NCBI GenBank assembly: GCA_043228905.1
Contig: JBHGNT010000017.1
Location: 4,650,001-4,714,000, forward strand
DNA: 64,000 bases
DNA from: Azolla caroliniana
Lineage: Eukaryota > Plantae > Polypodiophyta
Direction of reading: 5' to 3'
The notes beneath the pieces were generated by a model. It did not search any database. It worked only from the letters and a program-made list of their open reading frames with translations, and was not told the origin of the DNA. This document shows positions 36,222 through 58,079 of the stretch, piece after piece (position 1 is the first letter of the stretch; each line of letters starts with the position of its first letter). The position numbers were made by a program, and so were the translations under genes.

Positions 36222-36448
36222 AAGGCAAGTGTCCAAAGGGACCCAATGGTGAGAAGGTGTGCATGACCACAAACTTTTCAAAAAAACAGGGCCGCCCACC
36301 AAAACCAGGGGTAAATTTAAATTAGCGGTTTTCTGGTTTTTGTTTTTCTTTCTCTGTTCATAAATACCACCCGCCCTGTCCCAGACCATTCCCCTGTTCA
36401 CTAGTTGTTTTGTTAGTTTTCTAAAAAGGTTACCTCTCTGCAGTTCCC

Positions 36449-37882
36449 ATGGCTGCTTCTGCCCTGCTCCTCTCTCCTTGCCATGTGAATGAGGAGGGTT
36501 TTAGGTCTGTGAAGGAGGCCTTCTCCTTCACTGCCACTGAGGTGGGAGATACTAACCATATCATTCAAGAGAGCGCGCGTAATTCCTCTGTTCTTCATGA
36601 TCGAGCACCAGCACCATCATCATCACCAAAGGATAAAGCAGATATTCATAATACAACAGAGTTTGATGCTATACACCATGTCCATAATACAAATTTCAGC
36701 TTCAGGTTATGCAAGCTTCCCATCACAGGGTCCACCTCTCTGGTGATCAAAGATTTGGTGGATGAGGTGAAATTGGGCTTACATGCACACCAGATTCCTA
36801 AACTCGCATCGGAAGGATCAGGAGGAGTGTATTTCATGAAAGATGAATGTGGTCTAACGAATGTTGGTGTGTTTAAGCCTATGGATGAAGAACCCATGGC
36901 TATAAATAACCCTAGAGGTTTCTGTGTATCCAACCATGGAGAAGGATTGAAGAAAGGAAGCAGGAGTGGTGAAGGTGCCCTCAGAGAAGTGGCAGCTTAT
37001 CTCCTTGATCATCCAACATCACATCCTAACCAATCTAACACAAGATCAAAGAATGAAGGCCAAGGCTTTTCAGGTGTTCCTCCAACCACTATGATTGAAT
37101 GCTATCATAGTTCCTTCCATTATGCTTTGGGTTCTCAGGCTTCCATCAATAAAGCAAAGAAAGGATCACTCCAACGGTTTGTTCATGCTTTAAGCTCTTG
37201 TGAAGATATGGGTTATTCACAATTTCCGTTGGAAGAGGTTCACAAGATCAGTGTCCTTGACTTGAGGCTAGCTAACACAGATCGAAATGCCGGGAACATT
37301 CTCATTTGCAAGGGAAGTGATGGTGGATTGAAGCTTGTCCCCATTGATCATGGTTACTGTTTGCCTACCAAAGTAAGTGAATTATTCACGTAGCTAAATA
37401 TCTATAAATAATAAGGCAATATAATATTTGGGAATTGCTTTCATTTTTTTCTGTGGGGATGCTGTCTCACATGAATCTCATTGTTGATGTAAATTCAGTT
37501 TGAGGATTGCACCTTTGAGTGGCTATATTGGCCTCAAGCCCAAGAACCATATGGGAACTTAACACTCAGCTACATACAGTCTCTTGATGCTGAGGAAGAT
37601 ATCATGCTACTTCAGAAGAGTGGGTGGAGACTTGGGCCACAAATTGCTCGTGTTTTTCGTGTTTCAACCATGTTGCTCAAAAAAGGTGCGGCTGCTGGTC
37701 TTACACCTTTCCAGATCGGCTCCATCATGTCTCGTATAGAATCCTTCGATACACAATCTCCTATTGAGGTTTTGCTTGAGAAGGCTGAAGCTCTACTTCC
37801 CATACATGGGGGAGAATCAGATTTCCTTGGCATTCTTGCTAGCTTGCTTGATGATTACATCATATTGCTGAAAACCCAATAG
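36449..37882 (+). CDS. PI4KG: Type II phosphatidylinositol 4-kinase gamma family protein, ~435 aa
   Basis: Exons 36449-37372 and 37499-37882 (GTAAGT...TTCAG). Motifs EGSGGVYFM, VFKPMDEEPMAINNPRG, GEGALREVAAYLLDHP, RLANTDRNAGNIL, PIDHGYCLP and FEDCTFEWLYWPQA. Confidence 0.95.
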
Positions 37883-39860
37883 ATTTGGAGAAGTTGAGAC
37901 GTTCTCCTCTCATTGTAAATCAAGATTTTTCTCCCAAAGTGTACAGGCTAGGGGGAAAGGAAATTAATGTGAATACATCTTGTCAATGTTGTCATCATAA
38001 AAATGATTTAGTTTAGCTTGAATCTCCTTGGAGAATGTTATTTTACATATTCACGTGCCATTTTGATACATTCATTGAAACTTTCTATGAGAACCTGCTA
38101 TATGATTATCGAACAAGCCTTGGCAATATCATCTTGTGGAATTATGGGTGAAGAGTGAGGGGATCTGAGTAACAGTGAGATTATCTTCAGTTCCTAGAAA
38201 ACGATATAGTGGGGTAGAATTATGGGTGAAGAGCGAGGAGATCTACAGAAAAGTGAGATTATCCTCAGTTCCGAGCAGCAAACTATGGGATCACATTTCC
38301 AATTCTGGAGCTGAACCCTTTTAACAATGATGAGGTGGGTGGAGCAAAACAAACTCTCTGAAGCTTGTTTATGACAACCCCAAACACAAAAATTGTTTTC
38401 CCTATTTAAAAAGACTTCGCATTGGATTTCCACAATATATATATAATTGAGATCCTCTCTTTATTAATGTTACCATCTGGAAGGAGAAGGAACAAAGGAT
38501 GACTACAAAGGAGAGCATCGGCAAATTCTCGAGACCACCACATAAATATGTGATAAAAAGTGAGTACCTCACCATTCCCCAATTGGTACAATTACATTAG
38601 CTTAACATTTATTCACTTGTATGTTTTGAGATAATAAGCTCTCAATAGTACACATTGCATGTTAACAAACATATGATGGAGCACCTCCCTTGAATAAGAA
38701 TGTACCCTCCTTTGTTATGTGTACTTATATATTCAGTGTGAAGGATATCTTACATCTTGATGACGTGCATTAGAAATAATTCTCTAAATACATTATGTAG
38801 CACAACAGTAGTGTAATATAATTTCCAGATGCAATATTAAACGTCAGTAAAAAATGCCGCAAGGTTCTTTTGATATTTGTCACCTATCCCATGGCTTCAT
38901 TAATGTACTAATTTGGGTATTACAGCAACTTCCAACATTTTTTCTGATGGGGACTGAGGACTAAGACCAATCATTTCAGCACAACAAATGCAAGGCAATC
39001 TAATATGAATCAATAAAGCATTTGGATGTAGAAAAGAGGCACGCATATTTCCAGATCCAATTAGAGTTCAAATAGGCTTGGTTTGTATAGAATCCATCTT
39101 TGAATGCATGAGATTTGGAAGAAGGTTCATTTGGTCTATGTTTAATCCATCTTCCTATTTAGAATTGTACTATATTCTTTCACCAAGTGTATATATGACG
39201 ATGGGGTTACCCCCATGTACTAGGGTACAAGGTTGCAGCTGAAGAAATTTCAGTCTCATTAAACATATGGTGAGACTATGAAATTTCTTCGGTTCCAATA
39301 CTATATACTGGTTGACATAGAACCACACTGACCATAATGGAGAATAAATGTATGCTCCACTGAAATGAACGACCTGATTGGCTGTCTTTATCAAGACCAG
39401 GGTCATGTTTTCTGTCTTAATGAATGGGCTGATTGTATTTTGTTTTCTTTTTCAAATTCTGGAACATTTACCAAGTATCATGGACAATAAATGTATACTC
39501 CACGGTAGCAGATGAGCTGATCGTGCTGAATTTATCAACAGTAGGGTATGCTTTCTTTTTCAACTTTCAGATCATTCCTGCTTTTACCTTTTATGCATTA
39601 TCTCATATGGGTTCAACAACACTTAACTCTTCATCATGCTGGTCTGTACTACATCTCAATCGATAAACTAATGAACCAATATTAGTCTTCTTAATTTCAA
39701 CAAAGTTTGAACACATCCAGTTATCACCAATGCAGAGAGTTAAGCATAACACTGATTCTAACTTTCTGATGGCCCACCAATGTGATGCAGTTGCCAAAAA
39801 GTTTGGTCATGTTTGATATTCTATTCACTCCGCATCAACGGTGGGTCCCTTTCTCTTGCT

Positions 39861-41549
39861 CTATTCGATCCACGCGTCTACTTGATCCATCTCTCTTAGC
39901 TTGTCAATTATCTTTGTGGCCTCATCTCCTTCACCGGCAGCAGCATATATATTTGCCAATGTTACATGATGGGCAGGGTTGGTTTTATCCAATGTTAGTA
40001 CGTGTTTTACAATCCTTTGACCACGTTCCAAATCTGCTTCAAACCTACAAGCACCCAATAAAGTCGTCCATGATACAACCGTAGGTTCGATTCCCATGCA
40101 AATGAGAAAACGCTCAGCTTCATCAAGCTTTCTTGCCCTAACAAGAAGATCTACTATACAATTATAATGATCAACTGAAGGTACCATACCATGGTCCCTT
40201 TCCATAGAGCTAAAGCATTGATAGGCTTCCTTTATCAACCCTGCATGGCTACACGCAGAGAGAATATTGACAAACGTGATTGTATTTGGAGTAACACTTT
40301 GCTCCTTCATCTGAAAAAAGAGACATAAGGCATTCCTCGCTTGCCCATTTTGAGAGTAAACAGCAATCACTGCATTCCACGAGATGACATCTCTCTCTGG
40401 CATATCGTGAAACATCTGATGGGCATCGATGAGAGAGCAACATTTTCCATACATATTCACCAATGCATTCCCAAGATTCACATCCACAATTAATCCATGT
40501 ATTATTATACGAGAATGCATCCGCCGGCCGTCATCTATAGCTATCTGAGCAGCACATGTGGAAAGGATGTTAATGAAAGTAACTCTATTCTGATGTGGCA
40601 TCATCTCAAATGTCTCTAAAGCATCACCATAACATTCACATTTTCCATACATATTAAGAAGAGCACTCCCGACAACCACATCAACCTCTAAGCCACTTGC
40701 TTTCACACTCGCATGGATAGACTTTCCAATGGGTAATGTAGTGAGAGTCACACAAGCATCAAGGATACTTCCGAGAGTATATTCATCGGGAAGTATATCT
40801 TCTTGAATCATTCGGTTATATAAGGAAATGGCCACCCATTGTTTCTCGCTTTGGGTGGACACAGCAATCATTGCATTCCACGAGACTAAATCTCGATCAG
40901 GCAATTTATAAAACAATTCCTTAGCATCATCAAAACTACCACATTTACCATACATATTGAGAAGAGAAGTGCCCACGACAATATCAGTTTCAAGGTCTCT
41001 TTTCTTTATAATGGTATGTATGTTCCTTCCCTCTTGTAGAGCTTGAGGCGTAGAACAAGCAGATATAATGCTAGAAAATATGAATTTGTTTGGAATCAAT
41101 CCATTAATACACATTTCCTCAAAGAGATGAAGAGCTTCTCCGTACTTTCCATGTGATGCATATGACGAAATCATGGCATTGAAAGAGAATACGTTCTTTC
41201 TACGTATTGTTGTGAATACGGAAAGGGCATCTTCACATGACTTACATCTACTATACATCTGAACGAGGAGGTTTCCGAGAAGCCGATTTTTCTCAAAAGC
41301 ATAATGAATAGCACAAAAATGGAAGCGCATGCCATGGGAAAGCGATCTAACTGAAGAGCTCCAATGGAGGGAACGACAGAGGTTGTCGAAATGGAGCTGA
41401 TCATGATGAGGATCACGGTTTTCTGCTCTGTGAAGAGAATCAGAAGGTTGCAGAATATCGAAGGGCAGGGAGAGAGAGAAGCTTGAGATGTGCCGATTAA
41501 GCTTCAGGAGATGAAATATGTTTTTTTGAGCAATGGTTCTAGCTACCAT
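39861..41549 (-). CDS. PLS-class pentatricopeptide repeat protein with E domain and no DYW, ~562 aa (putative organellar RNA-editing factor)
   Basis: Intronless ORF from the ATG at 41549, with a transit-peptide-like N-terminus. It has repeated LLNMYGKCG / DLVSWNAMI / P..TF..IL.AC motifs, then ACSHAGL, HYNCIVDLLVRA, WTTLLGAC and LANIYAAAG, and ends at WIE. Confidence 0.93.
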   Translation of the reverse strand: MVARTIAQKNIFHLLKLNRHISSFSLSLPFDILQPSDSLHRAENRDPHHDQLHFDNLCRSLHWSSSVRSLSHGMRFHFCAIHYAFEKNRLLGNLLVQMYSRCKSCEDALSVFTTIRRKNVFSFNAMISSYASHGKYGEALHLFEEMCINGLIPNKFIFSSIISACSTPQALQEGRNIHTIIKKRDLETDIVVGTSLLNMYGKCGSFDDAKELFYKLPDRDLVSWNAMIAVSTQSEKQWVAISLYNRMIQEDILPDEYTLGSILDACVTLTTLPIGKSIHASVKASGLEVDVVVGSALLNMYGKCECYGDALETFEMMPHQNRVTFINILSTCAAQIAIDDGRRMHSRIIIHGLIVDVNLGNALVNMYGKCCSLIDAHQMFHDMPERDVISWNAVIAVYSQNGQARNALCLFFQMKEQSVTPNTITFVNILSACSHAGLIKEAYQCFSSMERDHGMVPSVDHYNCIVDLLVRARKLDEAERFLICMGIEPTVVSWTTLLGACRFEADLERGQRIVKHVLTLDKTNPAHHVTLANIYAAAGEGDEATKIIDKLREMDQVDAWIE

Positions 41550-42933
41550 GCCCCTATTCTCTCTCTCTCTCCTTCTCTTCCTCAATTTCTTTTTGAGTTC
41601 AATTTCTGTGTCCTGTTCACATAGAGAGTTCAACTTCTTCAATTCAATACTCTGGACTCTGTGTCATTATATCATCACTTCACATGAAGGGACTTGAAGA
41701 AAACTTTTTTATGATTATTTTTTTGTGTGTTTTGGAGGGGGGGTGGGTTGTATTGCACTTATATGGTCTACATTGAGTAGATTCGAAGACAATCGGCAAC
41801 ACTTGTTATGACCATATGCATAACCCTTTGCAATCAATGGACTAGTAGGCATTAGAGCATATGACTCATGAGGTTGTCACATTGTCACGTGTCAATACCT
41901 AATGCTCCGTATGGACAACCATCTCAAGATGACCCCAATGTCAACGTTTCAAACAAAAAACATCTCCAACATCAATTATCCAATGAATGATACAATAAGG
42001 CAATGTATTTCATTCTCACCTAAGAAGCGAACATCGTTCGGTCCAAGAAAACAACAAATGGATGGACTTTCTACACAACCAGCCAATAAACTTGCATACC
42101 ATTTTACCCAGACCAAGCCCATGATCTACACTCTCATATCTTTTACATGACAATGAGGCACAAAAGTTAAATTGGTGAAACAAAAGAATAATAAGAGAAG
42201 CAAACATGAGGGTAGCTTGTCATTTATGTACGATAAAACAATACATCATGTCCAATATTGCTTGTACAGTCTTAATCTTTGTCTTGTCCAACCATGTAGT
42301 TGCACAATCATAATATGTGCATATGCTAACACAATCTAGATTATCAGAGTCCTAATATGCATATGCTAATAATATACTCATAAGATAATCCCTTATTTAA
42401 AGATGTTCGAAGAATACTTCATGTTGCAAGCAAATTAGCATATCCATCAAGAGCATTTGAACAATTCATGTACTACAAAGAACAAGTGAAGATTACATTA
42501 ATTCATGGTGCAACAAGAAGAATTGAAGAGTACATGCTTAGTACATTTTTTCTCGTAACAGATAGCATTTTATATAGAATGCAGTCATTACATCAGTTTA
42601 TATTGTGTAATTGACTTACACTGTATTCTGCCCTCACAAAGCAATTCAAACTCCCAGGGAAAGATGACAACAGCAAATTACCCCGTGTCACAATCAAAAT
42701 CTCCAATTAATAAGCAATTTACAATTGCTTAAATGTAAAGTTGTGCATGCTTCACATACTTACAACATGCATTCTCTATGGTCTTATTAGGAACATTTGG
42801 CGAGACTGGCTACATTTCATCTAGTAATTTACAAAAGGAAACACTGGACTATCATCAAGCCTTTCTATGTATATTCTATATATGCATTATGTGTTCCCTT
42901 TTTTGGGTTGCAAAATTATATACAAAATCTACT

Positions 42934-51215
<8,282 letters not shown>

Positions 51216-52016
51216 AGCTTGTTAATAGATGTTTAATGATACTAGGGTAATTTATCAGGCTAATAACTCAAGGTTTTGGGTTCCAACCCAATTTCACATC
51301 TTTGCTCAACCATATATCTGTTTTCCTAGACTACATGCCACATCAATGTATCGAACTCACAAACTCACAGTCTCCAAATAGTAGACACAACCAAGTCAGC
51401 TACGACTCAATTGGCTCCTGCCTGCTGTTAAGGGAATTATTTAATCTTTGAAGTATATGTACTATTTCTCCATGCGTGTTAGTGTGGAATACGGCGTGGC
51501 ATAGTACACTACATCAAGTAAATGCTGGATATCCCTTGCATTTCGAATTTGAAGACGTCTGGAAACAGCTGGCAGGTATAATTCCTCGCAAGAGATTCAG
51601 ATAATGAGACAGAAAGATAGAGACGTAAACCCAGAGATAAAAAGAGAGATCTACCTGTGAATCAATACCTGGAAAGCATCACTGAGAGAATAAAATAATC
51701 TTCACTGATGGAATCAGAATCTTTGACAGAAACGCTGGAAATAAGCCATCCTAACTGGTCGCTTTAGATTCCTTTCCGAAGGAATGAGAGGGAATTGGGG
51801 TCCTTGAACGGGTGGAGATCGAAGGAAAACAGCAGCGACAAATTCCTGTATCGCGATTTGCTGTGAAGGGAGCAATAATGCGGAGCGAGTGGAGGGAGGA
51901 AACAAGAAATTAGAGAAGGAAAAGGAACTGCGATTCAGTGACAAAGGGAGAGCGCGGGGTACTGCAGGACGGCGTTCGCCATAACTAAAGCCATATCCAC
52001 ACAGACAGACAGACAC

Positions 52017-52047
<31 letters not shown>

Positions 52048-52326
52048 AGACTGACGAGGAGAGTATCGCGTGCGTCCATCGGAGAAGATGCCATCTCATA
52101 TCCACGTCAGCCTCTGCGCCTTGCCACGTGGACCGGTCACGTTACTCCCAGCGCCACGTCACAGTCCACGTCAGATGCACCCCCCCCCCCCAAGCCACGT
52201 CAGGGCCAATCACCGACCACCGGACCATGACGTGGACTGGACTGGACCCAACACTGTTATGCAATGGGCGCTCTGGCCCGACCCCAAAAATCACATGTAC
52301 ATTTTCTGTTTTCTCCTTCTCGTCGA

Positions 52327-52801
52327 TAGCAATGGGCACGGTTTCGGCTCGAACCGAACCGTTAAGCCATGGTTTAACGGTTCATTGGTTCCCAAAAAAA
52401 TTAATGGTTTGGATTTTTTTATAAACGGTTCGGTTTCCATTTGGTTCGGTTCTAAAACTCGGGTTTATAGGTTTGGTTTAAAGGTTTATAGGTTTTTGGT
52501 TAACTTTTTTTTTACCTTAATAAATATTAATTTAATGGTTTAATTAATGGTTTTTTATTTATTTAATTAATTTAACTTAAATGTTTATTTAATTTAATGT
52601 ATTTTTGTTTATTTAGATGTTTAATTAGTTTGATTTAAATGGTTAGGTTTAAATTTTTTATTAAATGGTTTGGTTTGGTTTCAACTTTTCCCTAAACGGT
52701 TTGGTTTAAAAATTTTATAAAATGGTTTGGTTTGGTTTTTGTTTTATATAAACGGTTCGGTTTCTTTGCCTTGAAACTGAACCGAAGCGTGCCCATTTCT
52801 A
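52327..52801. mobile_element. Non-autonomous hAT-type MITE upstream of the NDR gene
   Basis: TIRs TAGCAATGGGCACG / CGTGCCCATTTCTA, degenerate 8-bp TSD CTCGTCGA/CTCATAGA (6/8), AACCG motifs and an AT-rich core. Confidence 0.85.
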
Positions 52802-53134
52802 CTCATAGAGACAATGGCTTATTTCATAGGGATGGACTTTACATTCTTTATTATCCTTCTTCCTTGTTTATATTCGTGTCCCCAAAGATCGGACAATAAA
52901 GGGAGGGCATCAACATATGAAGTATCGTGTGTAACGTGGCTTCTCTCTCTCTCTCTCTCTCTCTCTGCAATCTACGACTTTGTAATATTCGAAAGGAAGT
53001 GCATATCCAACCATAATGTAAGTATACAGTGTAAAGTAAGTCCTTTTCTTACAACCTATGACTCTATAGCCCTTGAAAAGAAATGTAGCTTCATGCAATA
53101 AGAAGGTGTGAAACATGTAAGTATATAGTATTAT

Positions 53135-53171
<37 letters not shown>

Positions 53172-54544
53172 AATCAATGACTTTGTAGCCATCAAAAAGT
53201 AAATATAGATCCTACAATAAGACGGTGTCGACATGTGAGCATACAGTGTAATGTAAGTTCTATCGAAAATCTATGACCTTGTCGGTCTTGAAAGGAAAAG
53301 CGGCCTAGTATGTATACTAGTGTTCACAACTACCACCTTGAAACAATAATGTGTGTATATAGCCTCTATCATACCTATGCTTTCCATGACACAACACTCG
53401 ATGTAGTTGGGTCATGCCAGTATTTTCTTACGAATGTTGTGCTTCCTTTTTATGCATTAGGCAATAGGAATTTCTGAGACAGTGCCTTTCGGTTTTGAAA
53501 TAATTTGGTCAAAATGTTACCTTGTCATGCTTTAACATCCAAAAATAAATATATGAACTCATATAGTCCTTATTCTTGATAGATCTTTTAGAGAAGACGC
53601 ATGCAATTTTCCCAAACTTTGAATGTTCATGCTCCATGCTTCATTATTGCCTTGTTTGTGAGTACCTCTCTCGTGGGCCTTGACCAACTAACCTCACATC
53701 GAATTAAAGTTAGTCCCTTTAATTCACTATGTAGATTGTGGATTGTGGATTGTGGATCCCGGGACTAACTTCCTAATGAGCTGATGTTAGATGGTATAAA
53801 ACAATGACGTGTAACATTGTACTCTCATTTATACTCTCATAATGAGTAGTCTAGAGTTTAATAATGAAATTATTGTCTTCTTCCTACCAATATTCAATGT
53901 TTAGGTATTGGTCTCAATCTTTTCACTTGTTTGATCGTCATGACTCTATTGCCACTTTTGCTTTCACTAAACACCATCATTGTGCTCTTCTATTCCCTCG
54001 CTCGTGAATAGGTTCTTCTTATGTTGGTTTCATGACATAACGACAAAGTATTTGATTGTAAAAACAAAAAAGATGAGTTGGCTTATGTGGGTGGCATGCC
54101 ATGCCAAATTTCTCGAAGTGGACATGTACATCAAGTCCAAAATCTAGCATAAAGACATTGACTTTGTAGGATGATTAACATGGGATATAATTTAAGTGAT
54201 ATGATTCAAAAATAATATACACAAATGTATAAAAAAAAAATCTCACTACATGAGAGATTGATCTCATGCCATTTGTTATTGGTTTATAGGCCAAAGCAAC
54301 TACAAAAGCATCACATCGTGATCAATCTTGCTTCTAACTAGTTAAAATGAAGGGTGTCTTATTTGTGGTCACATACCTTACCATTCACCCTCTAGGAGGC
54401 ACCCAAGAGTATGATACCTTGAGAAGATTGATTTGAAATACTTATAGAGAAGCCTAAGCTTACAAGGGTCATTTTTTCATTTTGAAAAATTCGTATTCTA
54501 AACTCGAACTCAATAAAATTATACATTACTTTTTTAAGTCGTTC

Positions 54545-54762
54545 CATATCTTTTCCCATTAAGCTAAACTCATGTTGCTACATTCTCTCTCTCAACATTT
54601 CATGGTCCCTATTTGGGACCATACAACTAGACTTGTGTCTATATGCTTCATCTCATATCTTTTCCCATTAAGCTAAACTCATGTTGCTACATTCTCTCTC
54701 TCAATATTTCATGGTCCCTATTTGGGACCATACAACTAGACTTGTGTCTATATGCTTCATCT
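54545..54762. repeat. Near-perfect tandem duplication, ~109 bp x2
   Basis: catatcttttcccattaagc...tatatgcttcatct occurs twice. Each copy carries the hairpin atggtccc-tattt-gggaccat. Confidence 0.92.
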
Positions 54763-55714
54763 TCAATTCAAGAGCATAGAAAATGACATTATGTTTTTCA
54801 TGTGAATTCTTGTCTTTCAAGGCTTGTTTTCTATATGATGGTTGGGAGATATTACCCAATGCCAATCTTTGAATCTGCCGTCGACAAATGAATAATTATG
54901 AACATTTTAGTTAAGATGTCTCCTGTTATGGTGTTGCATTGGTTGAGACAATGTGTGTCATCTTTAAAGGCATCTTACCTTCCTCTAAAACACCAATGAG
55001 AATCATCCATTTTTGAGACATTTAGTTTCATGTGCACATAGTATGATGTCAATCACAAATCGGGAAAGCAAATATTTTCCAACGTGGCCATTGAGCACAA
55101 AAATAGATTATTTTATACTTTGCACAATGTTAATGTTATTTGTGCCAACCTCCAAGAAATTGAGGGTCACATGAACTAATATCACACAATTTTCTAATAT
55201 TTATACGTTTTAAGTCCATAATCCACTTTACAAATGGTGTGGTTCAACACAAAGATGCTTCGCACCAACTTTATCATAACAAGAATAACCTACACCCGGA
55301 TGCCTTATCTTAGATATGTGAAGGTTTGGATATTTCCAATAAGTGATAAGATAATACATTTTACATTGTGAAGACTATCTTGAACAAACATTTTAGGTTG
55401 TCATTGGCATCGCTCAAAATTTGTAAATTCCACAAATTAACTATCATAAATTAATGCAAAGCACAACATACAAACAAACATGTGAAGGTTTAGAATTTTT
55501 AGTCTTTTCTCAACCAATCCCATATTGATGTGTCCAAAATAGAGAATGGTAGATTGTTAACCCTATACCCAATTAGTAAAGAAACCCCTCCATGTGCGAA
55601 GTCCCATGGAAAGTAAGAAAAGCGATGATTTGATTCATTTTGAGGTAAGGGAGCCAATTGTAATCGAGTAAGCATATATTGAAAATAATCATCATGTTTT
55701 TTTACCTAAGATAA

Positions 55715-55915
55715 CAAAGTTAAAATTGATCATCTATTAGGTTGCCTCAATAACAAACATTACTATCAAAGTTAAAACTTCTCATCTATTAGGTTGCCTC
55801 AACAACAACCACTACTATCAAAGTTAAAACTTTTCATCTATTATGATGCCTCAACACTAAACACTACTAATCAAAGTTAAAACATCTCATATGTTAGGAT
55901 CTCAAAGTTAAAACT
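55715..55915. repeat. Minisatellite, ~50-bp unit x~4
   Basis: caaagttaaaact.ctcatctattaggttgcctcaa repeated. Confidence 0.85.
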
Positions 55916-56779
55916 TATAGGTGGTGTAACTCATGTCCCCTTATATTTGTTGGCATAAAAGGCCGACTCCTTCTACCTTGTATCCTAGTGTGAACTCGTC
56001 CAAAGAGTTAGGGCTTAGTATATAAGCAATAACCTAACATTGTAAAAAAAAAGACTCTTGATCATCTTGTACAACGAGTCTTAGAGAGAGTGAGAGAACA
56101 AATGCAATAACATTGCTTCCATTAAAGCTTCAATTGTGCATATCTACTGTCTATACTCTTGCCATTCTTATTGTGTTGTATTTTGAGTTTTTTTTTCCAT
56201 AAAAACTATACTCCATTGGTATTAAAATTAACAATGCCAAAGGCAATCTACAAATTGTACATAATAGTTTCCACTTCACAAGTAACCACCATAAAAAGGA
56301 CCAAATATAAACGATGGCATTTGGCAAGATAAGGCTATTTATATCCATGAAAACTCTCTCAGCCTTTGCCAACAAGACCCATTCTCAACATATAAACAAA
56401 TTCCTGCGGTAACAAATTCCTGCAGTCCAAGAGAATACATATCTTTACATATCTTGGTGGTAATCCTAGTCAACATATCGTGGTTGTCCACCCTGGCTAG
56501 TAGTCTAAAAACTCCATGTTTGCATTTGGTTCCGCATATACTGAAGTTGTTCACCATCACCTGGCTGTCCACTAGGTGATGCTATTTGACAAATGTTTGG
56601 TACACAACAGTTGAAGACACAAAAGTAGTCCATGATGCACCTGACGCTTGGGGTAAAACGTGATGGGCAACCTTGGATAGCCCCCATCTTTCATCTCCCA
56701 TATCAAAACGACCATGTCCTTCATCTCCACAAAAATTGAAAATGTACTTGTAATTAATCTCCCTAGAAAACAAGATGAA

Positions 56780-58005
56780 CTATGTCCTCCTCACCTCACA
56801 CCATCTGCTTCGATCCCCACACCATCTTCACTCAACCTTAACAGTAATGAAAATTATGCTTCATTCGGTCCACATCAACCATCTCGCTGCTTACTACCAA
56901 GGTCATGTACACATAACAACAAAATGAGTCTAGTGTGATTCTCATCCCCTCATGATCTACTTCGGTCCCCCCCACCATCATCACTCCTAAAAATAGACAA
57001 ATTGCTTCATTCAATCCACATCAACCATCTCACCGAATACTACCAATGTCCTATGCAAATAACAACAAAATAAGTGAAAAATGATTTCTCATCCCCTCAT
57101 GATCTTCTTCAGCCCTCACACCAACACCACTCATCCTCTCGTCGTGACAAACATGCTTCAAACCCCATTGTCATCATCCCACAACCTATGAGAACCATAA
57201 TATCTTCTTAACTTAGCCCATATCTAGAGCATCTCGTTGACCCTCTTGCCATCACACCGATTACCGTGATCTTGTACTAACAACCAAAAATGAGTGAAAA
57301 AAAAAATCCTCACCTTCTCATAATAATCTGCTTCAGCCCCCACACCAACATCACTCATCCTGATCACAAAAACAGAAAACCAGCTTCATCATGCCCCCAT
57401 CCACCATCTCGTGATATTTGATTATCTCAGGATTCTCGCCTATTACCGCTAAAATCCACCAAGGTCTTGTGCAAATAACAAAAAATAAGTGAAAAATGTT
57501 TCATCATCCCCTCGTGATCTGTGACAACCCTCACACCATCACCACTCATCCCTTGACATAACAAATATGTTTCAAACCCCATCACCATCATCCCTCAACC
57601 TATGAGAACCATAACATCTTCATAAGTTAGCCCACATTTGAAGGAAGCATCTCACTGACCTTCTTGCATTATCGCTGATTACCTCGAAAATCCTATATTA
57701 ACAGCCAACAAATGAGTGGAAAAAAATTCCTCACCTTCTCATAATAATCTGCTTCAGCCCCCACACCAACATCACTCATCCTGATCACAAAAACAGAAAA
57801 CTCACTTCCTCATGTCCACATCCACCATTTCGCTGTCTCCGATTATCATAGGAATTCTTCTGAATACCGCTAAAATCTTGTACTAACAGCCAAAATTGAG
57901 TCAAATTTTTTTCCTAACTTCTTATACCACATTGCTTCAGTCCCCACAACATCATCCCTCATCCTCATGTCCACATCCACCATCTAGCTATCTTCGATTA
58001 TCATC
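56780..58005. repeat. C/A-rich degenerate satellite-like array with ~420-bp higher-order periodicity
   Basis: Blocks at ~57057/57474 and ~57291/57713 are near copies, and shorter subunits (aaaatgagtgaaaa...ctgcttcagcccc.cacacca) recur. Confidence 0.8.
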
Positions 58006-58079
58006 AACACCTTGTAAATTAAAAGAGCCTTCCTACATGCTGCAACCGCCTCTCCATGCTGACTCATATTGTGTGCAGT

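Noticed and set aside
39170-39860. Possible DYW domain remnant downstream of the PPR stop
   Set aside because: No HSE, CxxC or DYW motifs seen in the downstream sequence I translated.
41550-41642. N-terminal extension of the PPR ORF (593 aa)
   Set aside because: It starts at a non-ATG codon and crosses a GA microsatellite. The ATG at 41549 is preferred.
51714-52543. ORFs of 126 and 157 aa near the NDR 5' end
   Set aside because: They span UTR microsatellite, promoter and MITE sequence, with no protein features.
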